DNA of 64,000 nt from Candidatus Binatia bacterium (GTDB lineage: Bacteria > Desulfobacterota > Binatia > Bin18). The notes beneath the pieces were generated by a model. That model was not told the origin of the DNA, searched no databases, and saw only the letters and a program-made list of their open reading frames with translations. The stretch is from positions 710,850-774,849 of the forward strand of contig OX638322.1 of the NCBI GenBank assembly GCA_951812575.1. Direction: 5' to 3'. This document shows, piece by piece, positions 9,137 to 18,085 of the stretch (position 1 is its first letter; each line of letters opens with the position of its first letter). The translations under genes and the position numbers were made by a program.

Positions 9137-11481
9137 GAGGCGAGCTCCACGACCGTTGCCCCCCCGCCCCCTTCATTCCGGGGAGCCTCGTTAAAGGACC
9201 CGCAGTACGGAGAGTCGGCCAAATACGCCCGGACCGCCCGCCTCAACGCACCGGTTCCCATGCCGTGCACGATACGCACGGACGATTGATTATTCAGGAT
9301 GGCCTGATCCAGGAAGACTTCCAAACGCGGCAGCGCCTCCCGAACTCGCAGGCCGAGCAGATTGATCTCGGGCCGGCTCGGTGGCGCATGGTCGACGGCC
9401 ACCCGAACGCGCGGCGCGGGTTTTTGCTTGGACGTCCGCTGAACCTGGACAACGGGAACCTCAAACGTCGTCCCACCGCAGCGGACTCTGGCTTTCTGGC
9501 CGTTGAGCGTCAGCAAGGTGCCCCGGATTTTCCCACCACGAAGCTCGACCTCGTCCCCAATCTGTGGCAGCGGTGTATCAGCGACGGTCTCGGTCCGGAG
9601 TGTCTGCTCTTTTGCCGCGATTTCCTTGTGCTGCTCGTGCAAGAACCGCGAGAGGTCTCGGCGGGCATCGCCGGGCGGGGCATGCGACGTCTGCTGGTTC
9701 TTGCGTAGCCGCGCGATGACCTCGCGGCCTTCCTCGCGGACACGGCGGACCAGCAGCTTGGCTTCACGCGTCTCGTCCTGCCAGACCTGACGGCATTTTT
9801 CCTCGGTTTCGGCCAGGAGCCGCTCTTGGCGCGCACGCAGGGCGGCCGCCTGTTCGCGTTCAGACTGCATCTGAGTCCGTTCACGTTCCAGCGTGACCGA
9901 GTCGGCTTCGAGCCGGGTCAAGGCTTCAGAGAATTGACGGGCTTCCGCAGACAGTGCCGCCTCTGCCGCCCGACACACGGCTTCGGGTAACCCGAGACGC
10001 CGGGCCATGGGCAGCCCGAGGCTCTGACCCATGACGTCGTACTGGAGTTGATAGCGCGGTTGGAGGGTCTCCAGATCAAACGCCACCGCCGCAATCTGAT
10101 AGCTCCCTTCTCCCACAGCAAAGAGTTTGACCGGACTCAGATGCGTGGCCAGAGCGAGGGACACCCGGCGATCTTTCAGAACGGTGAGCAGCCCGTTTGC
10201 CAGAGCCCCTCCTTCGGCCGGGTCGGTGCCGCCGCCGGGTTCGTCAAGCAGGAGAAGCGCGGGCTCTGACAGCGCCGCCAGCATGGCGCTGATATTAGCG
10301 ATATGGGCCGAGAAGGTAGAGAGACTGTGCTCCAGGGACTGGGCATCCCCAATGTCGGCAAACACGCTCCGAAAGATGGGCAGTTCATTGGCTTCGTCCG
10401 TCGGGATCAGAAGACCGCTCTGGGCCATGAGACAGATGAGACCCAAGGTTTTCAGGGCGACCGTTTTCCCACCCGTGTTCGGACCGGTAATAATCAGCCC
10501 GCGCTTATCGTTGGGCAGGATCAAATCGATAGGAACAACTGCGGTATCCGAGGCCGTCAGCAAGGGATGCCGGGCGCCACGGAGCTGGATGGCTGATCCA
10601 AAGTGCGGCTGTGTTGCACCGTATTTTTGCGCAAACACAACCTTGGCGTGAAGGACGTCGATTTCCGTCAGGGTTGTAAACGTCTGTTGGAGTTGATCGA
10701 GGTTCTCGCGCACCAGCGCGGTCAGCCAGGCCAGAATCCGGTGTTCCTCGGCCGCGACTTCCTTCTGGGCGAGCAGCAGTCTATTGTTGAGTTCGACCGC
10801 AAACAGCGGTTCAATGAACACGGTCTCACCCGACCCGGAACGGTCCTGGACGATACCCGGCAACCGCGCCTGAAAATTGGGCCGAACGGGGATGACAAAA
10901 CGGTTATTCCGAATCGTAACAAACTGGTCGGTCACTACCTCCTGGGCTTCGCTTGAGCGCAGGGTGTGTTGCAGGCGGCGTTCAATGTCCTCGCCCAGGC
11001 TGCGGACCTGACGCCGGAGTAAACGCAACGTCGGACTGGCCTCGTCTTTGAGGCTCCCATCCTCGTCCAGGCAACGGTCCAGGGCGGTCTCCAAGTCCGG
11101 CAGAGCTGGCAGGCGGTCGGCATAGCCTTTCAGGCGGTCAAACGCTGCTGCGTCCCGACGGAAAAACCCGGCAAGAAGTCGGGCGCGTGTCACCACGGCC
11201 AGAACGTCGCGGAGCTTTTGTCCCTCAAGCACGGCACCGCCGTGGTCAGCTTTCTCACAGGTCGGACGGATATCGGGGAACGGTCCGAGCGGCAGGCTCA
11301 AGCGTTCTTCTACCAGACGAAAGCACTGCCACGTTCGCTCGCTGTCTTCTTTGACGAACGGCTCGACAATCTGGGGTTTGAGGGCCAGACAGGCTTCTCG
11401 ACCGGCGGACGACAGGGCACAGTCCGCCAGAAGCTGAAGGACTTTATCAAACTCTAAGGCCAGAAGGTCGCGCTCGCGCAT
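9133..11481 (-). CDS. mutS2: Endonuclease MutS2
   Basis: Walker A GPNTGGKTVALKTLGL, Walker B LLLLDEPGGGTDP, and a C-terminal Smr domain (…VRIVHGMGTGALRRAVRAYL…). Start set at ATG 11481 (MRERDLLALEFDKV). ATGs at 11526 and 11601 are also possible. Confidence 0.9.
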   Translation of the reverse strand: MRERDLLALEFDKVLQLLADCALSSAGREACLALKPQIVEPFVKEDSERTWQCFRLVEERLSLPLGPFPDIRPTCEKADHGGAVLEGQKLRDVLAVVTRARLLAGFFRRDAAAFDRLKGYADRLPALPDLETALDRCLDEDGSLKDEASPTLRLLRRQVRSLGEDIERRLQHTLRSSEAQEVVTDQFVTIRNNRFVIPVRPNFQARLPGIVQDRSGSGETVFIEPLFAVELNNRLLLAQKEVAAEEHRILAWLTALVRENLDQLQQTFTTLTEIDVLHAKVVFAQKYGATQPHFGSAIQLRGARHPLLTASDTAVVPIDLILPNDKRGLIITGPNTGGKTVALKTLGLICLMAQSGLLIPTDEANELPIFRSVFADIGDAQSLEHSLSTFSAHIANISAMLAALSEPALLLLDEPGGGTDPAEGGALANGLLTVLKDRRVSLALATHLSPVKLFAVGEGSYQIAAVAFDLETLQPRYQLQYDVMGQSLGLPMARRLGLPEAVCRAAEAALSAEARQFSEALTRLEADSVTLERERTQMQSEREQAAALRARQERLLAETEEKCRQVWQDETREAKLLVRRVREEGREVIARLRKNQQTSHAPPGDARRDLSRFLHEQHKEIAAKEQTLRTETVADTPLPQIGDEVELRGGKIRGTLLTLNGQKARVRCGGTTFEVPVVQVQRTSKQKPAPRVRVAVDHAPPSRPEINLLGLRVREALPRLEVFLDQAILNNQSSVRIVHGMGTGALRRAVRAYLADSPYCGSFNEAPRNEGGGGATVVELAS

Positions 11482-11692
11482 AAGAAAAGGGTACTGCGGG
11501 GTCTGCCAGAGCGACCCATGCTGCATGTTTTGCACACTCCGCCCGTTCGGCGCAATACAGGGTCGTCTCTCAGGCTGAGATGCCGGGTGTCCAGGGGACA
11601 CTCGGCATGACCGGTAGGGCGTTCGGTCTCGCTTGCAGCCACTACCCCCCTATGCTAGCGAGACACGAGTATATGAACCTAAAGGAGGAAGT

Positions 11693-12061
11693 ATGAACAC
11701 CGAGAATGAAGCCCTTGTCACTGAGTTTTGCAACGCATTGGGCAGTGGGAATATGGATAAGGTGGTGTCCTATCTGGCGGAGGACGTATTCTATCATAAC
11801 ATGCCCTGGGCTCCGGTGACCGGCCATTCCGGCGTGCGTGAGGTTCTCGACCCTTTTGTTGGCGCAGATTTACTGCAAAAGATGGAGATCACCCACACGG
11901 CCTCATCTGGCGATATCGTCACCAACGAGCGCATGGAGACCTGGGTCAAAGGGGACGTCCAGGTGCTGCTGCCCGTCCTCGGCGTCTTCACCATCACCGA
12001 CGGCAAAATCAGCAAATGGTGCGATTATTTTGACAGCGGAACAATCGCCCCGTTGATGTAA
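11693..12061 (+). CDS. SnoaL/limonene-1,2-epoxide hydrolase-like protein
   Basis: 122 aa from ATG 11693, preceded by AAAGGAGGA. Pattern NEALVTEFCNALGSGNMDKVVSYLAEDVFYHNMPW…ITDGKISKWCDYFD is typical of the NTF2-like LEH family. Confidence 0.6.
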   Translation: MNTENEALVTEFCNALGSGNMDKVVSYLAEDVFYHNMPWAPVTGHSGVREVLDPFVGADLLQKMEITHTASSGDIVTNERMETWVKGDVQVLLPVLGVFTITDGKISKWCDYFDSGTIAPLM

Positions 12062-12090
12062 GCGTTGCAATAAACGCTTTTCGGAGACGG

Positions 12091-13338
12091 TCAGGGAACA
12101 AACGAGACCTTGACCGCCCCCGAGGTTTTCTTGCTGGCAGCTTCGGTCAGGGCCTGTCGGAACTGCTCAAGCGGATACTTGCGCGGGCGGATCGCACGCA
12201 GGTCCGCGCGCCGGCGTCTCAGGAATTCGACCGCGCGTACAAACGTATCCTGACGCTTGCCCCGAAACATCTCGGCTCCATACGTCAGGCTGCCCACGAT
12301 GGTCACTTCTTTCATCCAGGTCGGCGTCCAGTCCACGCCTTCGGGCAGCGCGGCCAAACCGAGCACGACAACCGCTCCCTGACCGCGCGCCATGCGCAGC
12401 GCCTGGTTGAGCGTAACCGAATTAGTAACCGTATCGTAGACCAGCCGCACCCCACCGGCCAGGACCGCGCCGCCATTGGTGAGCGGATAGACCTTGGTCT
12501 GGGCCAGTTCGCCAACCTGAGCCATGACATCCTGCTTTTGGGCATCGATAATATGCTCCGCCCCAAGGCGACGCGCCAGTCTGGCCTGGAACGGGTACTT
12601 GGCGATACACGCCACCCGACAAGACGGCTCAACGGCTTTGAGCGCGGCGATATTCATCAGCCCAATCGTCCCGGCACCGATCACAACCACCAGCTCTTTG
12701 CGTCGAGGCGGATTGTTGAGCACCGCCCGCAGACACACGGCAAACGGCTCAATCAGCGAGGCTTCATCATCATCAATCGTATCCGGCAGGGGTGTCAGCC
12801 GGTGCGCGGGAGCGACGAAATATTCGCCCCAGCCGCCGCCGGTATCGGGACAAATGCCGATTAACAGTCCGGGACGCAGCTGACCCTCGGCAATATGTTC
12901 ACAAATCCCGGGATTCCCGTTCCGGCACTGTGAGCACAGCTTCCGAAAGCCCCGTTCCCGACAGCCGAGCGTCGGATCGATGGTCACCCGTTGGCCGACC
13001 CGCAGCCCGCGCACGCGCTTGCCCACGGCGGCCACTTCGCCAAACAGTTCGTGGCCGGGAATCATAGGCAGCTCGAAATACGGCTCGGCCGCGGGCATGG
13101 GCTTCCACTGCAGAAAGCCAAGGTCGCTGCCGCAGATGCCGGAAATTTTACTCTTGACCACCACCCAGCGTTCATTGGGCAGGTCGGGGGTGGGCACGTC
13201 GCATAACTGGAGATTGGCCAGACCGGGCAAAAAGTCCGGGGCCGGCAGCGCGTCTTTCTGGGCTGTCTTGGCGTCACCCCCTCTTTTTTGGGGGGGGACC
13301 GCCGAAGGCGAGGGGGCAGAAAAAACCAATGCTTTCAT
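12091..13338 (-). CDS. Zinc-dependent alcohol dehydrogenase (MDR family) with an N-terminal insert
   Basis: SGICGSDL, PGHELFGEV, GAGTIGL motifs. About 35 extra residues follow MKALVFSAP (see findings). Confidence 0.8.
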   Translation of the reverse strand: MKALVFSAPSPSAVPPQKRGGDAKTAQKDALPAPDFLPGLANLQLCDVPTPDLPNERWVVVKSKISGICGSDLGFLQWKPMPAAEPYFELPMIPGHELFGEVAAVGKRVRGLRVGQRVTIDPTLGCRERGFRKLCSQCRNGNPGICEHIAEGQLRPGLLIGICPDTGGGWGEYFVAPAHRLTPLPDTIDDDEASLIEPFAVCLRAVLNNPPRRKELVVVIGAGTIGLMNIAALKAVEPSCRVACIAKYPFQARLARRLGAEHIIDAQKQDVMAQVGELAQTKVYPLTNGGAVLAGGVRLVYDTVTNSVTLNQALRMARGQGAVVVLGLAALPEGVDWTPTWMKEVTIVGSLTYGAEMFRGKRQDTFVRAVEFLRRRRADLRAIRPRKYPLEQFRQALTEAASKKTSGAVKVSFVP

Positions 13339-13347
13339 TTTTTTCTT

Positions 13348-14067
13348 TCACACGGCCTCTGCTACGTTCACGATATCAATCAACTCGTGCGTCTTGCGGA
13401 CCCGGCCGAATGCGTAGCTGAAGGCCTGGAGCGCCGCGCGGTGCAGGTCTGAACTGAAGGCCGTACAGGCATCCTCGACGATGGTGACGTCAAAGCCCCG
13501 GTCGGCCGCGTCCCTGGCCGTGGTTTCGACACACACATCCGTTGTCACCCCACAGATCAGGAGCGAGGTAATCCCCATATTGCGGAGCGTCTGGTCCAGC
13601 ATGGTCGAGTTCAGGGTCCCGCTCGACGTTTTGTTCACAACCAGCTCACCCGGCTGCGGCGCGACACTATCGTCGATCTGCCAGCTCGGCTCGTCAACCG
13701 CGGGAAACATGCGTTCCCCAATCGTGTCCAGGCTGAGTTGATCGAGCGCCTTCCACATGGGATTCAAATCCTGACCGTCCTTCAGGCAGGTACCGATTGC
13801 GGTGTACATAACCGGCATCTGCTGCGCCCGAAAGCAGCCCAGCAAACGATTGATATTGGGAATGACGGACGCATTGACCCGCTCGCAGTAGGCGGCACTC
13901 ACCCCTGGCACCAGTTTCTCAAAGGTTTGCATCAGCGGATAGTGGGGGCTGACAAAATAGCGCTGCATATCAATCACCAGCAGGGCGGTCTTGTCGCGTG
14001 CCAGGACAAGCGGAGCCTGGTCTTTGAGGCGAATAATTTCAAGAATTTTTTCGTGGTCTGTTGTCAT
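13348..14067 (-). CDS. Isochorismatase-family cysteine hydrolase
   Basis: ALLVIDMQRYF and LLICGVTTDVCVETTARDA (catalytic Cys). Start set at ATG 14067 (MTTDHEKILE). Confidence 0.8.
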   Translation of the reverse strand: MTTDHEKILEIIRLKDQAPLVLARDKTALLVIDMQRYFVSPHYPLMQTFEKLVPGVSAAYCERVNASVIPNINRLLGCFRAQQMPVMYTAIGTCLKDGQDLNPMWKALDQLSLDTIGERMFPAVDEPSWQIDDSVAPQPGELVVNKTSSGTLNSTMLDQTLRNMGITSLLICGVTTDVCVETTARDAADRGFDVTIVEDACTAFSSDLHRAALQAFSYAFGRVRKTHELIDIVNVAEAV

Positions 14068-14276
14068 CCTGTTCCCCTCTTTTTTCTCGAATGGCCTCCA
14101 ATCCGTGACCGCTCTCGCAGCAGTTTCCAACCACAGCCCTCTCTTCTTTAGACCAAGTCTGAACGGGGGGCAAGAAAACGAGCGCATTGCGGGCGACACG
14201 GGTTTTTGTCATGATCGCGCGATTACCGGCATACGAGTCACCAAACCGAGCCCGGATACCACCAGAAAGGAACACC

Positions 14277-14816
14277 ATGCCACACGTCACGTCACGTGAG
14301 TTTGATACGCTGATTCAGCTCTTAACCGAGCAGTACGGTCTCAGCGCCCTGCACGCCCGTCTGCTGAAGGCCAACGCCTTAGTCTCCCACAAACGTCCCC
14401 CACGCTGGCAGCCCCTGGCCAACCAGCTCTACCAGCTCAGCGCCGGCCTACGGCGCGAGCACCCCGCCCGGTATGCTCTGGAGATGCTCTGGCAGGAGTT
14501 GGTCTCAGAGACGACCGAAGGCGTCGAGCAGGAAACCTTCGATGCGTTGGCGGAACGCATTAACGCTTGTCTGACGGAAAAATTTGAAGTAATCCCAGAC
14601 CGGCAGACCGACCTCATAGCCGCCCTGGGCGCCTATCACCACACGCTGGCCAGCGTGTCGAGTGCGGATGTCGCCTATATTGAAATTCTGCTCCGCGCTT
14701 CAAAAGATGTCGCCCAGTTCCTGCGGGAACATCAGGAGGAGGTGCGTGCCGCCGCAGAGATGGAGGGGGCTGAGCTTGGTGAAAAGCCCGAGGATGTACA
14801 GACAGAGCGTTCGTGA
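14277..14816 (+). CDS. Hypothetical protein, 179 aa
   Basis: ATG 14277 (MPHVTSREFDTL) after GAAAGGAAC. The track ORF starts at an upstream TTG. No motif recognised. Confidence 0.45.
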   Translation: MPHVTSREFDTLIQLLTEQYGLSALHARLLKANALVSHKRPPRWQPLANQLYQLSAGLRREHPARYALEMLWQELVSETTEGVEQETFDALAERINACLTEKFEVIPDRQTDLIAALGAYHHTLASVSSADVAYIEILLRASKDVAQFLREHQEEVRAAAEMEGAELGEKPEDVQTERS

Positions 14817-14842
14817 AGATGTCGGCAAAGGCTGTCTGCAAC

Positions 14843-15418
14843 TTACAGCAGGTTAAACTGCTTGAGCACGTTGGCGACTTCGGGGTCGCGCTGGCCTAGG
14901 GACCGCAAGGCTTCCAGCAGCGCCTCGACCCGCTGCCGATTGGTGCTCAGGTCCGCTTCCAGACTTTTCACTACGCGCTCAAAGGGTCGGATCATCGTTC
15001 GCCGGTCCCATAAGGCAAAACCGATGATGGCTACCACCAGCGCCGTAAAGGCCCCAAGCACGGCCAGGGTCAGGCGAAACTGCTGGGCGAACTGCTGGTT
15101 CATGTCCTCGCGCAGTTGCTGAATCTGCCGGGTCATATCCTCGCGCAGTTGCTGATCCTGCCGGGTCATATCCTCGCGCAGTTGCTGATCCTGCCGGGTC
15201 ATATCCTCGCGCAGTTGCTGGATATCGGCCCGGAGCTGCTGCATATCGGCCCGGAGTTGCTGGATGGCGTCCCGCACCCCTTGTAGCCCCCCTTCGAGTC
15301 GGGTCAGCCGCTCGACAATCTCCCGGTCGGTCAGGGCCGGTGCCGCCTCCACCGCCCATACCGGGCCAGACAGGACCGGCAGGACCAGGAGACAGGTGCC
15401 CAAGAACCAGCGTAGCAT
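14843..15418 (-). CDS. Secreted/membrane coiled-coil protein with tandem QQLR(E/A)DM repeats
   Basis: From ATG 15418: signal-like MLRWFLGTCLLVLPVLSGPVWA, then repeated QQLREDMTRQD units, a TM segment LTLAVLGAFTALVVAIIGFALW and a C-terminal tail. Confidence 0.65.
   Translation of the reverse strand: MLRWFLGTCLLVLPVLSGPVWAVEAAPALTDREIVERLTRLEGGLQGVRDAIQQLRADMQQLRADIQQLREDMTRQDQQLREDMTRQDQQLREDMTRQIQQLREDMNQQFAQQFRLTLAVLGAFTALVVAIIGFALWDRRTMIRPFERVVKSLEADLSTNRQRVEALLEALRSLGQRDPEVANVLKQFNLL
15100..15261. repeat. In-frame coding tandem repeats (33 bp x ~3.6, then 21 bp x 2)
   Basis: Units at 15100-15132, 15133-15165 and 15166-15198 (the last two identical: catatcctcgcgcagttgctgatcctgccgggt), with a partial unit from 15199. 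Then gatatcggcccggagctgctg / catatcggcccggagttgctg follow. Confidence 0.9.
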
Positions 15419-15552
15419 GACACCCATACAATGCCACACGGACCAGAAAGTCAACGCAATCCACCGCCTGTTCTTCCCCCGCGCGCGTTGGGTTGTTGAT
15501 GGAGCGGGTAGATATTGGTATCCGTACAAACGATCCTGGTGGAGATGAGCGT

Positions 15553-15951
15553 ATGGGTCATGTGTTCGCAGCAATAGCATTGAGCAATCCCAGGCAGCCG
15601 GAATTGTCTCCTATCAACGTAGATGCCCTGGCAGACACAGGGGCGCTCATGCCGTGCATCCCCGAACACCTGGCCCTTCAGTGACGCCTGGAAACAGAAT
15701 CTATCAGAGAAGTCTCCGTCGCCGACGGGCGGCATATGAACGTTCCCTATGTGGGGCCGATCAAGGTGAGTTTTGGCAATCGGTTTTGCTATGTTGGTGC
15801 TCTGGTGCTCGGCGATGAGGTGTTGTTGGGCGCCGTCCCCATAGAAGATATGGACTTGATCGTGAACCCGGACCGCCGCGAGGTCACGGTCAATCCGGCC
15901 AGCCCCAATATCCCTCACGCGCGGGTTAAATCGCTCCTCTCAGGTTGTTGA
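15553..15951 (+). pseudogene. Retropepsin-like (clan AA) aspartic protease interrupted by an in-frame TGA
   Basis: ORFs 15493..15684 and 15736..15951 share a frame. Read-through gives …VDALADTGALMPCIPEHLALQ[TGA 15682-15684]RLETESIREVSVADGRHMNVPYVGPIKVSF…VLLGAVPIEDMDLIVNP, with a DTGA active-site motif. Confidence 0.6.
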
Positions 15952-16135
15952 TCAGGATCACGCTGGTGAAAGCGAGATTAAACCCGATCATCCATTTAAT
16001 CACTGCTCTGTCCTGGTCGATTTTTGTAAACCGATTCTCATAGCCGGCGATGGCCTCGGCAGCGGCCCGCGCCTTTTCCTCGCCAGCGCCGGCCTCTTTT
16101 AAGGCATCGTAGACTTCACTAATCATGGTACTCAT
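15926..16135 (-). CDS. Small C-terminally anchored protein (DUF1640-like by recollection)
   Basis: 69 aa: EVYDALKEAGAGEEKARAAAEAIAGYENRF…, then the hydrophobic stretch IKWMIGFNLAFTSVILI. Confidence 0.45.
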   Translation of the reverse strand: MSTMISEVYDALKEAGAGEEKARAAAEAIAGYENRFTKIDQDRAVIKWMIGFNLAFTSVILINNLRGAI

Positions 16136-16241
16136 CTGTCACCTGCTTCCCGACCACTGAGTCTCATTGGCCACAAAATTGTTTGATACCGGCAGTGCCT
16201 AATCATGAGGGCACCTAACGCCGGGCAGATGGGAAAGTCAA

Positions 16242-16572
16242 GCAACTTACAGCAGGTTAAACTGCTTGAGCACGTTGGCGACTTCAGGGTCGCGCTGGCC
16301 TAGGGACCGCAAGGCTTCAGCAGCGCCTCGACACGCTGCCGGTTAGTGCTCAGGTCCGCTTCCAGACTTTTCACCACGCGCTCAAACGGTCGGATCATCG
16401 TCCGCCGGTCCCATAAGGCAAAGCCAATAATGGCGGCCACCAGCGCGGTAAAGGCCCCAAGCTCGGCCAGGGTCAGGCGAAACTGACGGGCGAACTGCGT
16501 GTCCATGTCCTCCGCAGTTGCTGGATATCGGCGCGAAGCTGCTGGATATCCGCCCGTAGCGCGGTCAGTCCT
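16242..16572 (-). pseudogene. Frameshifted partial paralog of the 14843..15418 coiled-coil gene
   Basis: 16242-~16500 aligns with 14838-~15100 at high identity. There are 1-nt deletions (cttcagcag vs cttccagcag near 16318; ctccgcag vs ctcgcgcag near 16511). Track ORF 16300..16506 is its middle part. The signal peptide and 33-bp repeats are absent. Confidence 0.75.
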
Positions 16573-17150
16573 TCACCTCTTTGTGGGAATAAGGCGTTTT
16601 GATTTCTCCGGTTCCTAAACTGAGTAAGAACAGATCCTCCGCAGTATATCCTTTTTCAGAAGCATTATCCTTACATGTACGCGTTCTGTGTAGGCACAGA
16701 GAGCAGGGTTGTTTGCGAAAACGCCACCGTCGATAAGCGGGTAGGGAATGTGAGACATGGATTTTACCCTGGCTCCCTCGAAGTATGTTGGGGCTGCTGA
16801 GGTTGCCCGCGCAACACCTCTCACCAGAAAATTCTCCTTGTCTTCCTTTGCTTTACGTTGTTTGAAAGAATGAGTCTCCTACCTTCGAATATCATATGCC
16901 ATGATCAGACTGAGCTTAAGGAGTTGGCTTAATTGCAATCCTCCAAAGTACTTTTCGAGTGCCTTCTCAAGCGTATCTTCAGAGTATTTCTCATCCCGTA
17001 AACCGCCCATAGACAAAAACCGTTGCCACAGCGAGACATCGAAAATCTCGTCCCCGCGCCCCAGGTAGATCTCGACAGCTTCGGACGCCGAGAACCTTGG
17101 GAGCTTGGGATCTTTTTTCCCTGGACAGAGATAGAGGCCCAGGGAAATAC
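16573..17150 (-). pseudogene. Patatin-like phospholipase remnant (truncated at both ends, one stop, one frameshift)
   Basis: Manual 3-frame reading gives …GKKDPKLPRFSASEAVEIYLGRGDEIFDV…LIMAYDIRR*…FLVRGVARATSAAPTYFEG…LIDGGVFANNPALCAYTE, then a frameshift to …LFLLSLGTGEIKTPY. The N-terminal GGxRG/GxSxG part is missing. Confidence 0.75.
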
Positions 17151-17164
17151 AGCATCAGTGAAGA

Positions 17165-17908
17165 TCACTCTGCTTCTCCTATTATGTTGAAAGCGGCCCA
17201 ATAGTACGGATGCGCATAGCCGGCTTTTCTCAGTTCCAATTGTGCTTCACGTAGTGCTTGGCGTTTGTCTCTATGTCGTTCTAACCCAGCGTAGAAGCGC
17301 GGCATCAGTTCGCCGGTGGCGCGGTCATCTACCTTCCACAGGCTAGAGACAATAGACCGGGCTCCTGCATAGAGAAAGCCTCGGGTAAAGCCTACCACAT
17401 CATCGCCGTTAGACACTTTTCCCAGTCCGGTCTCGCAGGCTGATAAGGTGATCAAGTCGGCGTTCAAACGAGTCTGGTAGAGTTCGGCTACGGTGAACCT
17501 CCCGTCGTTTTCCTCATCACCAGCCAGCAACAGCCCAGACTGAAGCGGATTCTCCGGGTCAACCATACCGTGGCTCGCCAAATGCACGCGAGTGAACCCA
17601 CTACCGAAACGCTTGATAACGGTCTCAGTTGCCTCGTTGCGTAATAGGACTTGGCTGTCTTTGAGAATTTGACCAAGCGCACTCGCTTCTTGCTGGGCGT
17701 AGGGAAGATCAAGACTCGGGTCGCCTAAGTCAGGGTTGCCCAGCACAAGGACACCTTGACCTGTCTGGGATTGATTCGGCAGGTAGGCCAGTACCGAGGC
17801 GCTGGGAAGCAGGCGAAGGCTGTGGGTGTCAATCAGGCGACGACCGTTGCCCAACGGCAGGGCGCTGAAGGGCAGATAGTGTAGGGGGCCGTTGCTGTCG
17901 TGCATCAT
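17165..17908 (-). CDS. CHAT-domain (caspase-like) protease, catalytic domain only, probably 5'-truncated
   Basis: VHLASHGMVD (His) and LITLSACETGLG (Cys) dyad, C-terminal PYYWAAFNIIG. Only 247 aa. It abuts a PIN remnant on the opposite strand head-to-head at about 17900. Confidence 0.65.
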   Translation of the reverse strand: MMHDSNGPLHYLPFSALPLGNGRRLIDTHSLRLLPSASVLAYLPNQSQTGQGVLVLGNPDLGDPSLDLPYAQQEASALGQILKDSQVLLRNEATETVIKRFGSGFTRVHLASHGMVDPENPLQSGLLLAGDEENDGRFTVAELYQTRLNADLITLSACETGLGKVSNGDDVVGFTRGFLYAGARSIVSSLWKVDDRATGELMPRFYAGLERHRDKRQALREAQLELRKAGYAHPYYWAAFNIIGEAE

Positions 17909-18085
17909 GAAGTGGATGCCGTTCCCAACCGGGATCGAAGGAATCGACTCAAGGAGATATTGAAGAGAACGGATACGTTTATTTCACTCGGTGACGCAAT
18001 AGTTGAGCGGGGAGAAGAACTGAAAAGGATGGGGCTCAAGGCGTATGACGCGCTTCATGTGGCCTGTGCGGAACAGGAACAATGA
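17900..18085 (+). pseudogene. PIN-domain toxin remnant (C-terminal ~55 aa only)
   Basis: …ISLGDAIVERGEELKRMGLKAYDALHVACAEQEQ* resembles the C-terminal helix and acidic site of VapC-type PIN proteins. The N-terminal two-thirds are absent. Confidence 0.45.

Noticed and set aside
15100-15261. Possible CRISPR array
   Set aside because: The repeats are contiguous with no spacers, they are in-frame inside a coding sequence, and the units are 33/21 bp. This is a coding VNTR, not a CRISPR.
15682-15684. Selenocysteine recoding of the in-frame TGA in the retropepsin gene
   Set aside because: I could see no convincing SECIS-like stem-loop immediately downstream, only a 4-bp GCCG/CGGC pairing. This protease family is not known to me as a selenoprotein.
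15451-15918. 155-aa minus-strand ORF
   Set aside because: It overlaps the retropepsin pseudogene antisense and has no motif. The plus-strand reading has a recognisable DTGA protease.
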